Shown in pieces: positions 29,467-37,979 of a stretch of 37,979 nucleotides of DNA; position 1 is the first letter of the stretch, and each line of letters begins with the position of its first letter. Location of the stretch: assembly GCA_051882435.1 (NCBI GenBank), contig JBJERT010000027.1:1-37979 (forward strand), in the 5' to 3' direction. This DNA is from Faecalibacterium sp. (lineage in GTDB: Bacteria > Bacillota > Clostridia > Oscillospirales > Ruminococcaceae). Made by a program: the position numbers and the translations under genes. The notes beneath the pieces were generated by a model that saw only the letters and a program-made list of their open reading frames with translations, made no database searches and was not told the origin of the DNA.

Positions 29467-30330
29467 TCAGCGCTTGACGTCCCGGTGCTGCATGTTGGGC
29501 TGATAGCCCAGCTCTTCACAGTAAGCGGCGAGCTTGCGCACGAACGTGATGGAGCGATGCTTGCCGCCGGTACAGCCCACCGCGATGGTCAGCTGGCTCT
29601 TGCCCTCCTTGACATAGAGCGGCAGCGCGCACTCCAGAAAGCTCTCGTAGCGCCGCAGAAGCTCCTGCGATTCCGGGGAGGCCATCACATAGTCCACCAC
29701 ATCCTGATCCAGCCCCGTCTTGTGCTTCAGCTCAGGGACATAGAAGGGATTGGGCAGGCAGCGCACATCCAGCACAAGGTCTGCCTCCGGCGGCAGGCCA
29801 TGCTTGAAGCCAAAGGACAGGATGGTCAGACGCATCGCACCCTTTGCCCCGCCATTCTGCAGGAACAGATCACAGATACGCTCTTTGTTCTGAGCGGTAG
29901 AGAGCAGTTCCGTATCAATAAAATAATCCGCCTGTTCCTTCAGCGGGCGCAGGACTTTGCGTTCCTGCGCGAAGGCCTCCTCCATAGAGACACCCTCCAT
30001 CATGCTGATGGGATGGCGGCGTCGGGTGGCGCTGTAACGCTGCATCAGCACCTTGTCCGGCGCGTCCAGAAATAAAATTTTGTAGGGCACGCTCTGCTGT
30101 TTCAGCTGCTCCAGTGCATTTTCCAATTCTTCCGCAGAACGGCAGCCGCGCACATCCATTGAGAGAGCCACACGCTTCAATTTTCCATCTCCCGCACGGG
30201 AAAAGGCAAGGATGCTGGGCAGCAGTCCTGCCGGCACATTATCGATACAGAAAAAACCGATATCTTCCAGCGCGTTCATCGCGACCGATTTGCCCGCGCC
30301 GGACAAGCCGCTGACGATCAACAATTCCAT
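29467..30330 (-). CDS. rapZ: RNase adapter RapZ / YvcJ P-loop protein
   Basis: SGLSGAGKS, CIDNVP, TRRRHP, SFGFKHG, GCTGGKHRS. Confidence 0.94.
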   Translation of the reverse strand: MELLIVSGLSGAGKSVAMNALEDIGFFCIDNVPAGLLPSILAFSRAGDGKLKRVALSMDVRGCRSAEELENALEQLKQQSVPYKILFLDAPDKVLMQRYSATRRRHPISMMEGVSMEEAFAQERKVLRPLKEQADYFIDTELLSTAQNKERICDLFLQNGGAKGAMRLTILSFGFKHGLPPEADLVLDVRCLPNPFYVPELKHKTGLDQDVVDYVMASPESQELLRRYESFLECALPLYVKEGKSQLTIAVGCTGGKHRSITFVRKLAAYCEELGYQPNMQHRDVKR

Positions 30331-30377
30331 GGTACATCTCCCTTTGACGTTCCTTTGTGATTTTTTTGTTTCTGACC

Positions 30378-31280
30378 TCAGCGGTACGGCACGACCCGGA
30401 TCTCTTTTTCCAGTGTGTACCCGGTCTTTTCCTTTACGATAGCAGATACCTCGCAGCACAGAGCCAGCACGTCGGCGCAGCTTGCGCCGCCAAGGTTGAC
30501 TACAAAACCGCAGTGTTTCTCACTGATCGCAGCACCGCCGTGGCGGTAGCCCCTCAGCCCGCACTGATCGATGAGAGCCGCCGCGAAAGCCCCCGCAGGG
30601 CGTTTGAAGGTGCTGCCCGCGCTGGGCTTGTCAAGAGGCTGTTTTTCCGCGCGGCAGGCCATCAGTTCGTCCATTCTGGCGCGGATCATCGCCGTGTCTC
30701 CTTCAGTCAACCGGAGCTCTGCCGCAAGGATGACGCCTCCGTTGCTCTCAAAAACGCTGTGCCGATAGCGCAGCTCCAGCTCCGCCGCCGGGACTGTGAC
30801 CACCTTGCCCGCTGCGTTCAGAAAACGCACCTGCGTGAGGACGTCTTTGATCTCGCCGCCGTAAGCTCCGGCGTTCATATAGACCGCGCCGCCCACCGTA
30901 CCGGGGATGCCATAGGCAAATTCCAGCCCGGTCAGCCCTCCGCGCAAAGCCTCGGCGCACACAGCCGAGAGCCGTGTGCCGGAGCCGGCGCGCAGCACGG
31001 TGCCCACACGTTCTACCGGGCTGCTGACCGCGGTCAGGTCGATGACCGCGCCGCAGAAGCCCTCATCCGAAAAGAGGATGTTGCTGCCATTGCCCAGCAG
31101 ATAATACCGCACTCCCTGCTCCCGGCAGAGCGCAACCGCACGGACGAGCTGAGTCTCGCTCGCCGGTTGGACAAACAGCTCCGCCGGGCCTCCGATACGG
31201 AACGTACAGTGAGCGGCCAGCGGCTCCTGCTCCCGGAACGGGATCGCTTCCTCTTTTAGTCTGCGCTTGAATGCTTCCAT
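30378..31280 (-). CDS. murB: UDP-N-acetylenolpyruvoylglucosamine reductase
   Basis: TFRIGGPA, LGNGSNIL, GIPGTVGGAVYMNAGAYG, PSAGSTFKRP. Confidence 0.95.
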   Translation of the reverse strand: MEAFKRRLKEEAIPFREQEPLAAHCTFRIGGPAELFVQPASETQLVRAVALCREQGVRYYLLGNGSNILFSDEGFCGAVIDLTAVSSPVERVGTVLRAGSGTRLSAVCAEALRGGLTGLEFAYGIPGTVGGAVYMNAGAYGGEIKDVLTQVRFLNAAGKVVTVPAAELELRYRHSVFESNGGVILAAELRLTEGDTAMIRARMDELMACRAEKQPLDKPSAGSTFKRPAGAFAAALIDQCGLRGYRHGGAAISEKHCGFVVNLGGASCADVLALCCEVSAIVKEKTGYTLEKEIRVVPYR

Positions 31281-31316
31281 ATTCTCCAGTTCTCCTGTTT
31301 ACCGCATCGGTTGAGA

Positions 31317-32252
31317 TCAAAGCAGATCGTCCTCCAGACCCAGACGGGTCAGAAGCTCCTTGGCCGCATTGTATCCCATCTTTTTCTGACGGTTATTGAT
31401 GGCTGCCGTCTCCAGAACGACCGCCAGATTGCGGCCGGGAGAAACGGGGATGCTGGTGCTGGGGATATTGACGCCCAAAATCTCATAGTATTCGCTCTCA
31501 AGACCGGTGCGCTGGTAGTTCTTGGTGGGGTCCCACGCCTCGAGCTGGACCACAAGGTCCAGACTCTCGCTCACCTTGACGGCCCCCACGCCGAACACGC
31601 GGGCAACGTTCACGATGCCGATGCCCCGCAGCTCGATAAAATGGCGGATATTCTCCGGCGCAGTGCCCATGATCTGGCGGTTGGACACCTTGCGCAGCTC
31701 TACGGCATCGTCCGCCACAAGGCGGTGGCCGCGCTTCACCAGCTCGATGGCCAGCTCGCTCTTGCCGACGCCGCTTTCGCCCAGGATCAGGATGCCCTCA
31801 CCGTACACCTCCACCAGAACGCCGTGGCGGGTGATGCGGGGCGCCAGCTCCAGATTCAGCACACTGATCAGGCTGCCCATCAGGGTGCAGGTGGTCTCAT
31901 TGGAGCGCAGTAGCGCGACCTCATGCTTCCGGGCCAGCTCCAGCATCTCCGGGAAAGGGGTCAGCTCCTCGCTGCGGCAGACGATGACCGCAGGAGGCTG
32001 CTGGCGGAACAACTGGTCCAGCGCTTCATAGCGGCGCTCTGCCGGCAGCCCGGACAGGAAGTTCATCTCCGCAAGGCCCATGATCTGGAGCCGCAGCTTA
32101 TCGAAATAATCATAATATCCGGCCAGGAACAGACCCGGACGGTTGACCTCCGCGATCTCGACGCGGATCTTTTCCAGCTCACGCGGGGTATATACGACCT
32201 CCATGCTGACGCGATCGGTCAGGTTCTTGAGCGAAACGTTAAAATTCGCCAT
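31317..32252 (-). CDS. hprK: HPr kinase/phosphorylase
   Basis: NRPGL, HGVLVEVYG, GESGVGKSE, LVADD, ELRGIGI; AGGAGG RBS supports ATG at 32252. Confidence 0.95.
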   Translation of the reverse strand: MANFNVSLKNLTDRVSMEVVYTPRELEKIRVEIAEVNRPGLFLAGYYDYFDKLRLQIMGLAEMNFLSGLPAERRYEALDQLFRQQPPAVIVCRSEELTPFPEMLELARKHEVALLRSNETTCTLMGSLISVLNLELAPRITRHGVLVEVYGEGILILGESGVGKSELAIELVKRGHRLVADDAVELRKVSNRQIMGTAPENIRHFIELRGIGIVNVARVFGVGAVKVSESLDLVVQLEAWDPTKNYQRTGLESEYYEILGVNIPSTSIPVSPGRNLAVVLETAAINNRQKKMGYNAAKELLTRLGLEDDLL

Positions 32253-32310
32253 CTGCCAGTTCCTCCTGTCATTCCCCCGGCACACCGGGGCAGTTTGCGC
32301 TTTCTTTATT

Positions 32311-32339
32311 ATTATAATAAACTTTCTGAGGAAAAACAA
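32311..32339 (-). promoter_or_regulatory. Sigma-A promoter of the hprK operon
   Basis: TTGTTT-17 bp-TATAAT on the - strand. Confidence 0.6.
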
Positions 32340-32384
32340 TTCCCCCGGTTATCTTTTCTGCGGTGGAGGTGGAGAACGGGATTT

Positions 32385-32515
32385 GTTCCTTTTTCGAGAA
32401 AAAGGAACCGAAAAAGCTTTTCACTGGGACCCGCACATTTGTGCGGGTCCTGTTTTTGTTGGCAGGGGTTGGCGGCACCGGTTTGCGCGCTCCCGCGCGC
32501 GGGGGCTGCGCCCCA
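32385..32515. repeat. Cluster of short palindromes (possible dispersed extragenic repeat)
   Basis: GTTCCTTTTT/AAAAAGGAAC, GGACCCGCAC/GTGCGGGTCC, GCGCGC/GCGCGC and GGGGC/GCCCC hairpins in tandem. Confidence 0.45.
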
Positions 32516-32570
32516 CAGCAGAAAAAGGGCATGGACGGGTGTTGGTTTTTGGATTTTTTGCCAACACGGA

Positions 32571-32672
32571 TTGAAATACCGGAAAAGGGGCTTATAATAA
32601 TAACAGGTCTGTTCCGTTTTACATTGGTTTTACATTCCGGCGGTTTCCGATTTTACATTTCGCCCGTATACT
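32571..32672 (+). promoter_or_regulatory. Promoter region with Pho-box-like repeats
   Basis: TTGAAA-16 bp-TATAAT (32571-32598); TTTTACATT at 32617, 32628 and 32651; second -10 TATACT at 32667. Confidence 0.65.
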
Positions 32673-32718
32673 CAAAGCGAAGGCAATGAACCTGTAAGAT
32701 CAAAGTGAGGATAATGGA

Positions 32719-34506
32719 ATGACCATCTTTAACGTTTTTTCGCTTTTGGGCGGTCTGGCGCTGTTTTTGTTCGGCATGGATATTATGGGCAAGGCGCTGG
32801 AAAAGCAGGCCGGCGGCCAGCTCCAGAAGATCCTGAGCCGCCTGACCGACAACCCGCTCAAGGGATTTTTCCTGGGGCTGGTCGTCACGGCTGTGATCCA
32901 AAGCTCCAGTGCCACCACGGTCATGGTGGTCGGCTTTGTCAACAGCGGCATCATGCAGCTGCATCAGGCCATCGGCATCATCATGGGCAGCAACGTGGGC
33001 ACCACGGTCACGAGCTGGCTGCTGAGTCTGGCGGGCCTTGAGGGCGACAGCCTGTTCATCCAGATGCTCAAACCCACTACCTTCAGCCCGGTGCTGGCAT
33101 TCATCGGCATTCTGCTGTATATGCGACGCAGTGAAAAGCAGAAGGGCATCGGCACCATCCTGATCGGCTTTGCCGTACTGATGACCGGCATGACCACCAT
33201 GTCCAACGCTGTGGCGCCGCTGCAGAACGAAGAATGGTTCACCAGTTTGTTCGTACGTTTTTCCAATCCCCTGCTGGGCGTTCTGGTAGGCGCGCTGGTC
33301 ACGGCCGTGATCCAGAGCTCCAGCGCCAGCGTCGGCATCCTGCAGGCACTCAGCGCGACGGGAGTCATCACTTACGGCAGCGCGATCCCCATCATCATGG
33401 GTCAGAACATCGGCACCTGCGTCACAGCGCTGCTCTCCTCCGTGGGCGCGAACAAAAACGCCCGCCGCGCTGCCATGGTGCACCTGTACTTCAACATCAT
33501 CGGTGTGATGCTGTTCCTGATCGCGTTCTATGGTCTGAATGCGGTGCTGCACTTCACCTTTGTGAACGACACCATCGCCGCATGGGGCATCGCGGTGGTG
33601 CATTCCATCTTCAACCTCTGCACCACTCTGGTGATGCTGCCCTTTGCGGGCGTATTGGAAAAGCTGGCCGTCCTCACGATCCCCGACGACGCAGAGAAGG
33701 AACACTTCTCTCTGCTGGATGACCGCCTGCTGAACACTCCCGCTGTGGCTGTGGAGCGTGCCCGCGCCGCCACTGCCGATATGGCCGAGCTGGCCCGCAT
33801 CGGCGTTGTTCAGGCCATGAGCCTGACCCACACCTGGGACGATGCCCTGGCCGAAAAGGTCCGGGCACAAGAGAGCGAGGTGGACCGCTATGAGGACGCG
33901 CTGGGCACCTATCTGGTCAAGCTGTCCAGCCGCCCGCTGAGCCACGCGGACAGCCAGAGCGTGAACACACTGCTGCACACGATCAGCGATTTCGAGCGTA
34001 TCAGCGACCACTCCGTCAATCTGGTGGAGTCGGCAGAGGAGATCCGCACAAAGGATGTCTGCTTTTCGCAGGACGCGCGGGAAGAATTGCAGGTGCTGGA
34101 AGATGCCGTGCAGGATATTCTGGACCGCACGACCGAAGCCTTCCGCAAGGACGACCTGCATCTGGCCGCCAAGGTCGAGCCGCTGGAGACCGTGGTGAAC
34201 GAGCTGGTGCGCGCCATCAAGGCACGGCACATCGCACGCCTGCAGGCCGGCAGCTGTTCCATCGAGTATGGCTTTGTGCTGGACGACCTGCTGACCAACT
34301 ACGAGCGCGTGTGCGACCATTGCAGCAATGTGGCGGTTGCGCAGATCGAGGTGGCGCAGGACAGCTTTGACACCCATGCATATCTGAACGACCTGCGGCA
34401 CGGCAAGGACACGCAGGAGAGCGAAGCCTTCCAGCGGCGTCTGGATCGCTACCGTGAACGCTATCTTTTCCCCGAAACTGGAACTACAGAGGAGCCTGAG
34501 GCATGA
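32719..34506 (+). CDS. Na/Pi cotransporter family protein with C-terminal PhoU-like domains
   Basis: GGLALFLFGM, two QSSSA repeats, GSNVGTT / GQNIGT; C-terminal ERISDH and ERVCDH PhoU-type motifs. Confidence 0.92.
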   Translation: MTIFNVFSLLGGLALFLFGMDIMGKALEKQAGGQLQKILSRLTDNPLKGFFLGLVVTAVIQSSSATTVMVVGFVNSGIMQLHQAIGIIMGSNVGTTVTSWLLSLAGLEGDSLFIQMLKPTTFSPVLAFIGILLYMRRSEKQKGIGTILIGFAVLMTGMTTMSNAVAPLQNEEWFTSLFVRFSNPLLGVLVGALVTAVIQSSSASVGILQALSATGVITYGSAIPIIMGQNIGTCVTALLSSVGANKNARRAAMVHLYFNIIGVMLFLIAFYGLNAVLHFTFVNDTIAAWGIAVVHSIFNLCTTLVMLPFAGVLEKLAVLTIPDDAEKEHFSLLDDRLLNTPAVAVERARAATADMAELARIGVVQAMSLTHTWDDALAEKVRAQESEVDRYEDALGTYLVKLSSRPLSHADSQSVNTLLHTISDFERISDHSVNLVESAEEIRTKDVCFSQDAREELQVLEDAVQDILDRTTEAFRKDDLHLAAKVEPLETVVNELVRAIKARHIARLQAGSCSIEYGFVLDDLLTNYERVCDHCSNVAVAQIEVAQDSFDTHAYLNDLRHGKDTQESEAFQRRLDRYRERYLFPETGTTEEPEA

Positions 34507-35192
34507 TCTATATCGTAGAAGACGATCCCGCCATCCGGGAGCTGGAGCAATATGCGCTGGAATCCAGCGGTTATGAGGTGAGCGGGTTCGAGTCCTCCGA
34601 ACCGTTCTGGCAGGCGATGCGCGCCGCCGCCCCCGAGCTGGTGATCCTGGATGTGATGCTTCCCGGCGAGGACGGATTTTCCATCCTCAAAAAGCTGCGC
34701 AACACCCCTTCCCTGCGGCGCATGCCCATCTTGATGGTGACCGCCAAATCCAGCGAACTGGACACTGTGCGGGGCCTGGACTGCGGAGCGGATGACTACA
34801 TTACCAAGCCCTTCGGCATCATGGAATTTCTCAGCCGGGTGCGGGCGGCACTGCGCCGCTCGGCCCCGGAAGCCAGGCCGGACGTTTTTACCTTTCAGGA
34901 GATCGTGCTGGATAACGCCCGCCATAGCGTTACAGTGAGCGGTACGCCGGTGGATCTGACCTATAAAGAATACAGCCTGCTGCGTCTGCTGCTGGAAAAC
35001 GTCGGCCTTGTCGTGACCCGCGATACCATTTTGCAGGTGGTATGGGGCACGGACATCCCGGTGGAGAGCCGCACGGTGGATATGCACATCCGCACTCTGC
35101 GCAAAAAACTGGGCGACGCAGGGCGGTATATCTGCACCGTGCGCAAGGTGGGTTATAAGCTGACAGACAGCGGGGAGGCCGAAACCGAATGA
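34503..35192 (+). CDS. OmpR/PhoB-family response regulator (probable PhoP/PhoB)
   Basis: IVEDD, LDVMLPG, GADDYITKPF, SRTVDMHIRTLRKKL, TVRKVGY. Confidence 0.92.
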   Translation: MIYIVEDDPAIRELEQYALESSGYEVSGFESSEPFWQAMRAAAPELVILDVMLPGEDGFSILKKLRNTPSLRRMPILMVTAKSSELDTVRGLDCGADDYITKPFGIMEFLSRVRAALRRSAPEARPDVFTFQEIVLDNARHSVTVSGTPVDLTYKEYSLLRLLLENVGLVVTRDTILQVVWGTDIPVESRTVDMHIRTLRKKLGDAGRYICTVRKVGYKLTDSGEAETE

Positions 35193-36538
35193 AACCGCGC
35201 AGCATGGAGGAAAAGATCAGCTATCGGCTTTTCCTCATGGGGTTCCTGGGGCTGGTCTGCACGGCAGCGCTGTGTTTGTTCGTCTTTCACAAGGCGTTCA
35301 CACAGCAGGCATGGGCCGCGCTGGAATCCAAGACCGATCTGGTCGCCGCAGGCTGCTCTGTCATTGATACGCCGGAACAGCTTGCGGGCTTTGTGGCCGG
35401 AGAACTGCGCATTACTCTGATCGCACCGGACGGCACCGTCCTGTTTGAATCCGCCACCGCGCAGCCGATGGAGAATCACCTTTCCCGCCCGGAGATCCAG
35501 CAGGCATTGAACACCGGCGAGGGCCGCGCTCAGCGCGATTCCCATACGATGGGGTTCCAGACCTATTATTACGCCCGGATGCTGCCGGACGGCAGCATCC
35601 TGCGTGTGGCACAGGATTCGGAGACGCTGTGGTCGATTTACGACGCAGCACTGCCCGCCATCCTGTTGAGCTGCCTTGTGCTGATGGCCATCGCGGCAGG
35701 CTCCGCCGGGCTTCTCACGCGCAGTCTGGTGCAGCCGGTGCTTCACATGACCGACGATCTCGACCATATCCAGGATCATGTGCCCTACCGGGAGCTGATC
35801 CCTTTTGCCGAGAGCATCCACTCCGACCGCATCCTGCGGGAAAACAACGAAAAAATGCGGCAGGAGTTCACTGCCAACGTCAGCCATGAATTAAAGACGC
35901 CTCTTACCAGCATCTCCGGGTATGCGGAGCTGATCGAGACCGGCATTGCGAAACCGGAGGATATTCCGGCTTTCAGCCGCAAGATCCACGAGGAGGCGGC
36001 CCGGATGATCCAGCTCGTGAATGACATCCTGCAGCTTTCCCATCTGGATGATGTAAGCGGGGCGGGCGAAGAGCCCGCCATGGAAACAGTGGACTTGCTG
36101 GAAGTGGCCCGGGAATGCGCGGAGCGCCAGCGGGTGAATGCCCGCCGCGCCTATGTGACGCTGACCTGCCTGGGCGAGAGCGCCCCCGTTTCGGGCAGCC
36201 GTGCCCTGCTGGACGAGCTGTGCCAGAACCTGTGCGACAACGCCATCCGCTACAACCGCCCCGGCGGAAAGGTCCAGCTTCTGGTAGGCTGCGGCCGGGA
36301 CGGACACTGTACTCTGACCGTAAAGGACACCGGCATCGGCATCCCGAAGGAGGCACAGGACAGCGTATTCGAGCGCTTTTATCGGGTCGATAAGAGCCGC
36401 AGCAAGGCCACCGGCGGCACCGGGCTGGGTCTGGCCATCGTCAAACACATCGCGCGGATCCACAATGCCCGCATCCATCTGGAAAGCGAGGTAGACGTGG
36501 GGACCACGATCACGGTCACATTTGAGACTGCGCACTAA
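35189..36538 (+). CDS. Sensor histidine kinase (PhoR-like)
   Basis: Two TM helices, ENHLSRPEI sensor motif, ANVSHELKTPL, FERFYRVDKSRS, GGTGLGLAIVKH. Confidence 0.92.
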   Translation: MKPRSMEEKISYRLFLMGFLGLVCTAALCLFVFHKAFTQQAWAALESKTDLVAAGCSVIDTPEQLAGFVAGELRITLIAPDGTVLFESATAQPMENHLSRPEIQQALNTGEGRAQRDSHTMGFQTYYYARMLPDGSILRVAQDSETLWSIYDAALPAILLSCLVLMAIAAGSAGLLTRSLVQPVLHMTDDLDHIQDHVPYRELIPFAESIHSDRILRENNEKMRQEFTANVSHELKTPLTSISGYAELIETGIAKPEDIPAFSRKIHEEAARMIQLVNDILQLSHLDDVSGAGEEPAMETVDLLEVARECAERQRVNARRAYVTLTCLGESAPVSGSRALLDELCQNLCDNAIRYNRPGGKVQLLVGCGRDGHCTLTVKDTGIGIPKEAQDSVFERFYRVDKSRSKATGGTGLGLAIVKHIARIHNARIHLESEVDVGTTITVTFETAH

Positions 36539-37521
36539 AAATCAAACAGCAGCCTGACGTCTGTCCGTACCTCCGGGCAGGCGTTTTTTGCTGGTTCCAG
36601 AGAGTCGGTGCGGATGTTGCGCAGAGCTTTCGCAGCTCCCAGACCGGCAAGGTCTATGCCTCTGTCCCAGAATGCTCGTACCGTCCGGGCACAGAGCTGC
36701 TCCAGCGCCTCGCACTGCACTGCATCCGGCGGCTGCGCACCTGCGGCACTCTGACAATCCAGTTCGATCGTGAAGGAACCGTCTGCTTCCGGCTGCACGG
36801 CACGACCGCGGCAGCGCAGCGTGACCCGGCGGCCATCCAGCCAAAAGGTATACGTCTCCCCTGCCCCTGCCAGAAGCCGGGCCGCAGAGGTCTGCGCAGC
36901 ATCCAGCAAAAGCTCACCGGAAGCAGAGAGGAACACGCCCTCCTCTGCCGGAGCGGCATCTTCCTCGGTCAGCACGAGCCGCGGCATGAGACAGCCTGCC
37001 CGACGGTCATACAAATGCGGCGCAGCGGCGGCGCTGTTTTTGACGCATTGCAGCAGTGCCTCCGGCAATGCGTCCACCTCCTCGCTCTGCTCCGAAAGTT
37101 CGGAACAGCTGAAGCCGCAGCTCAGCACCCGTGCCGAGATCCGGCCGCACTGCTGCGCAAGGACGAGTTGTTCATACTCATCCAGCAGGTCCATTCTGGC
37201 TCCCTGCGCCAGCAAAAGGTAATCGCACAGGCGGTAGTTTGCTTTCTGGGGCAGTGCCTTTTCGGCTGCGGCCAGAGCTTTGGCCAGCGTTTCGTCCTCC
37301 GCGGCAGCAAAACGCACTTCGGCCACTGCCTCGGAGGAATCCGCTGACGCCTCCGGCGCCTGATAGATCAGGCCCGCCGTCCAGCCCTGCGGGCTGCGCT
37401 CCAGCATCACTGCGCGGATCATGCTCTGCTCGGTGGTCTCGCAGCGCAGAAAAAGCAGGCACCAGATCAGCAAAGCTCCCGTCCCGATCCTCCGGGCACG
37501 TCCCGACCTGCGGCGGCTCAT
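36535..37521 (-). CDS. Divergent Ger(x)C-like spore germination protein
   Basis: Basic N-terminus plus hydrophobic stretch ending in Cys, D.AGLG near the C-terminus; ATGA overlap with the upstream GerAB-like gene. Confidence 0.5.
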   Translation of the reverse strand: MSRRRSGRARRIGTGALLIWCLLFLRCETTEQSMIRAVMLERSPQGWTAGLIYQAPEASADSSEAVAEVRFAAAEDETLAKALAAAEKALPQKANYRLCDYLLLAQGARMDLLDEYEQLVLAQQCGRISARVLSCGFSCSELSEQSEEVDALPEALLQCVKNSAAAAPHLYDRRAGCLMPRLVLTEEDAAPAEEGVFLSASGELLLDAAQTSAARLLAGAGETYTFWLDGRRVTLRCRGRAVQPEADGSFTIELDCQSAAGAQPPDAVQCEALEQLCARTVRAFWDRGIDLAGLGAAKALRNIRTDSLEPAKNACPEVRTDVRLLFDF

Positions 37522-37979
37522 GCTGCTTCTCCTTTCGCCGGCCCTGCCCCGACAGGAGCCAGCAGACGCTGGCATACGCGGCGCAGAACGCAGCTCAAAA
37601 AGCAGATGCGGTAGAGTGCCGTCGCCAGCCAGAACAGCACCAGAAGCGCATCCATCCGGGAGAACACCCCCATAGCCCACGCCCGCAGCAGCTCATATCC
37701 GGTATAGCTGCTGGAAGTCATGGGGCCAAACAGCAGTTCCATGCCCAGAGCAAAAACTGCCTGCACACCAAAGCCCACAAACGGCAGCCCTGCACCCTTG
37801 CGACAGGTCCGTGGATCCCCCAGCAGCGGCAGAGCAAAGTATTCGGCATACATGGGCAGCATGGGCGGTGTCTGCCCCCGCAGGCTGGCGGCAGCTTCCA
37901 GCAGGCGCTGCCACCGCATCTGACTGCCCAGCCCTGCCACACAGACCAAAGCTCCCAGCCACACGAACCACCACAGGAT
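37518..37979 (-). CDS. GerAB-like germination membrane protein (5' truncated by window edge)
   Basis: Hydrophobic helices with FSRMDALLVLFW, resembling the F-x-R-x-D...W motif of GerAB; frame open to the window end. Confidence 0.55.
   Translation of the reverse strand: MLWWFVWLGALVCVAGLGSQMRWQRLLEAAASLRGQTPPMLPMYAEYFALPLLGDPRTCRKGAGLPFVGFGVQAVFALGMELLFGPMTSSSYTGYELLRAWAMGVFSRMDALLVLFWLATALYRICFLSCVLRRVCQRLLAPVGAGPAKGEAA

Overview
Core-genome window of a high-GC Firmicute, most likely Oscillospiraceae/Faecalibacterium-like (inferred from gene content and codon style). The + strand block (390-16498) holds potABCD, an acyl-ACP thioesterase, guaB, pncB, tRNA-Leu (convergent with tRNA-Thr on the - strand), phoH-ybeY-era-yqzL-recO-mutS2 and an amidase. 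A mostly - strand block (16753-32252) holds hprK-murB-rapZ-whiA-dnaE, pfkA, DUF951, prfA, sua5-coaE-lytic transglycosylase and an M18 aminopeptidase. These are followed by a Na/Pi transporter-response regulator-histidine kinase operon and divergent spore-germination genes. I saw no transposase, integrase, prophage or CRISPR array. The most striking signal is at 16545-16580, exactly where gene orientation flips from + to -. It is a perfectly symmetric, loxP/dif-like site (ATTTCGTATAA-TGCAAG-TTATACGAAAT), a candidate chromosomal dif for a single-recombinase system at the replication terminus. Other unannotated signals: a ~180-nt sRNA with anti-Shine-Dalgarno loops under two OmpR-family boxes, an attenuator-like potA leader, a DnaA box at guaB, Pho-box-like repeats, and a small yqzL gene missed by the ORF track.
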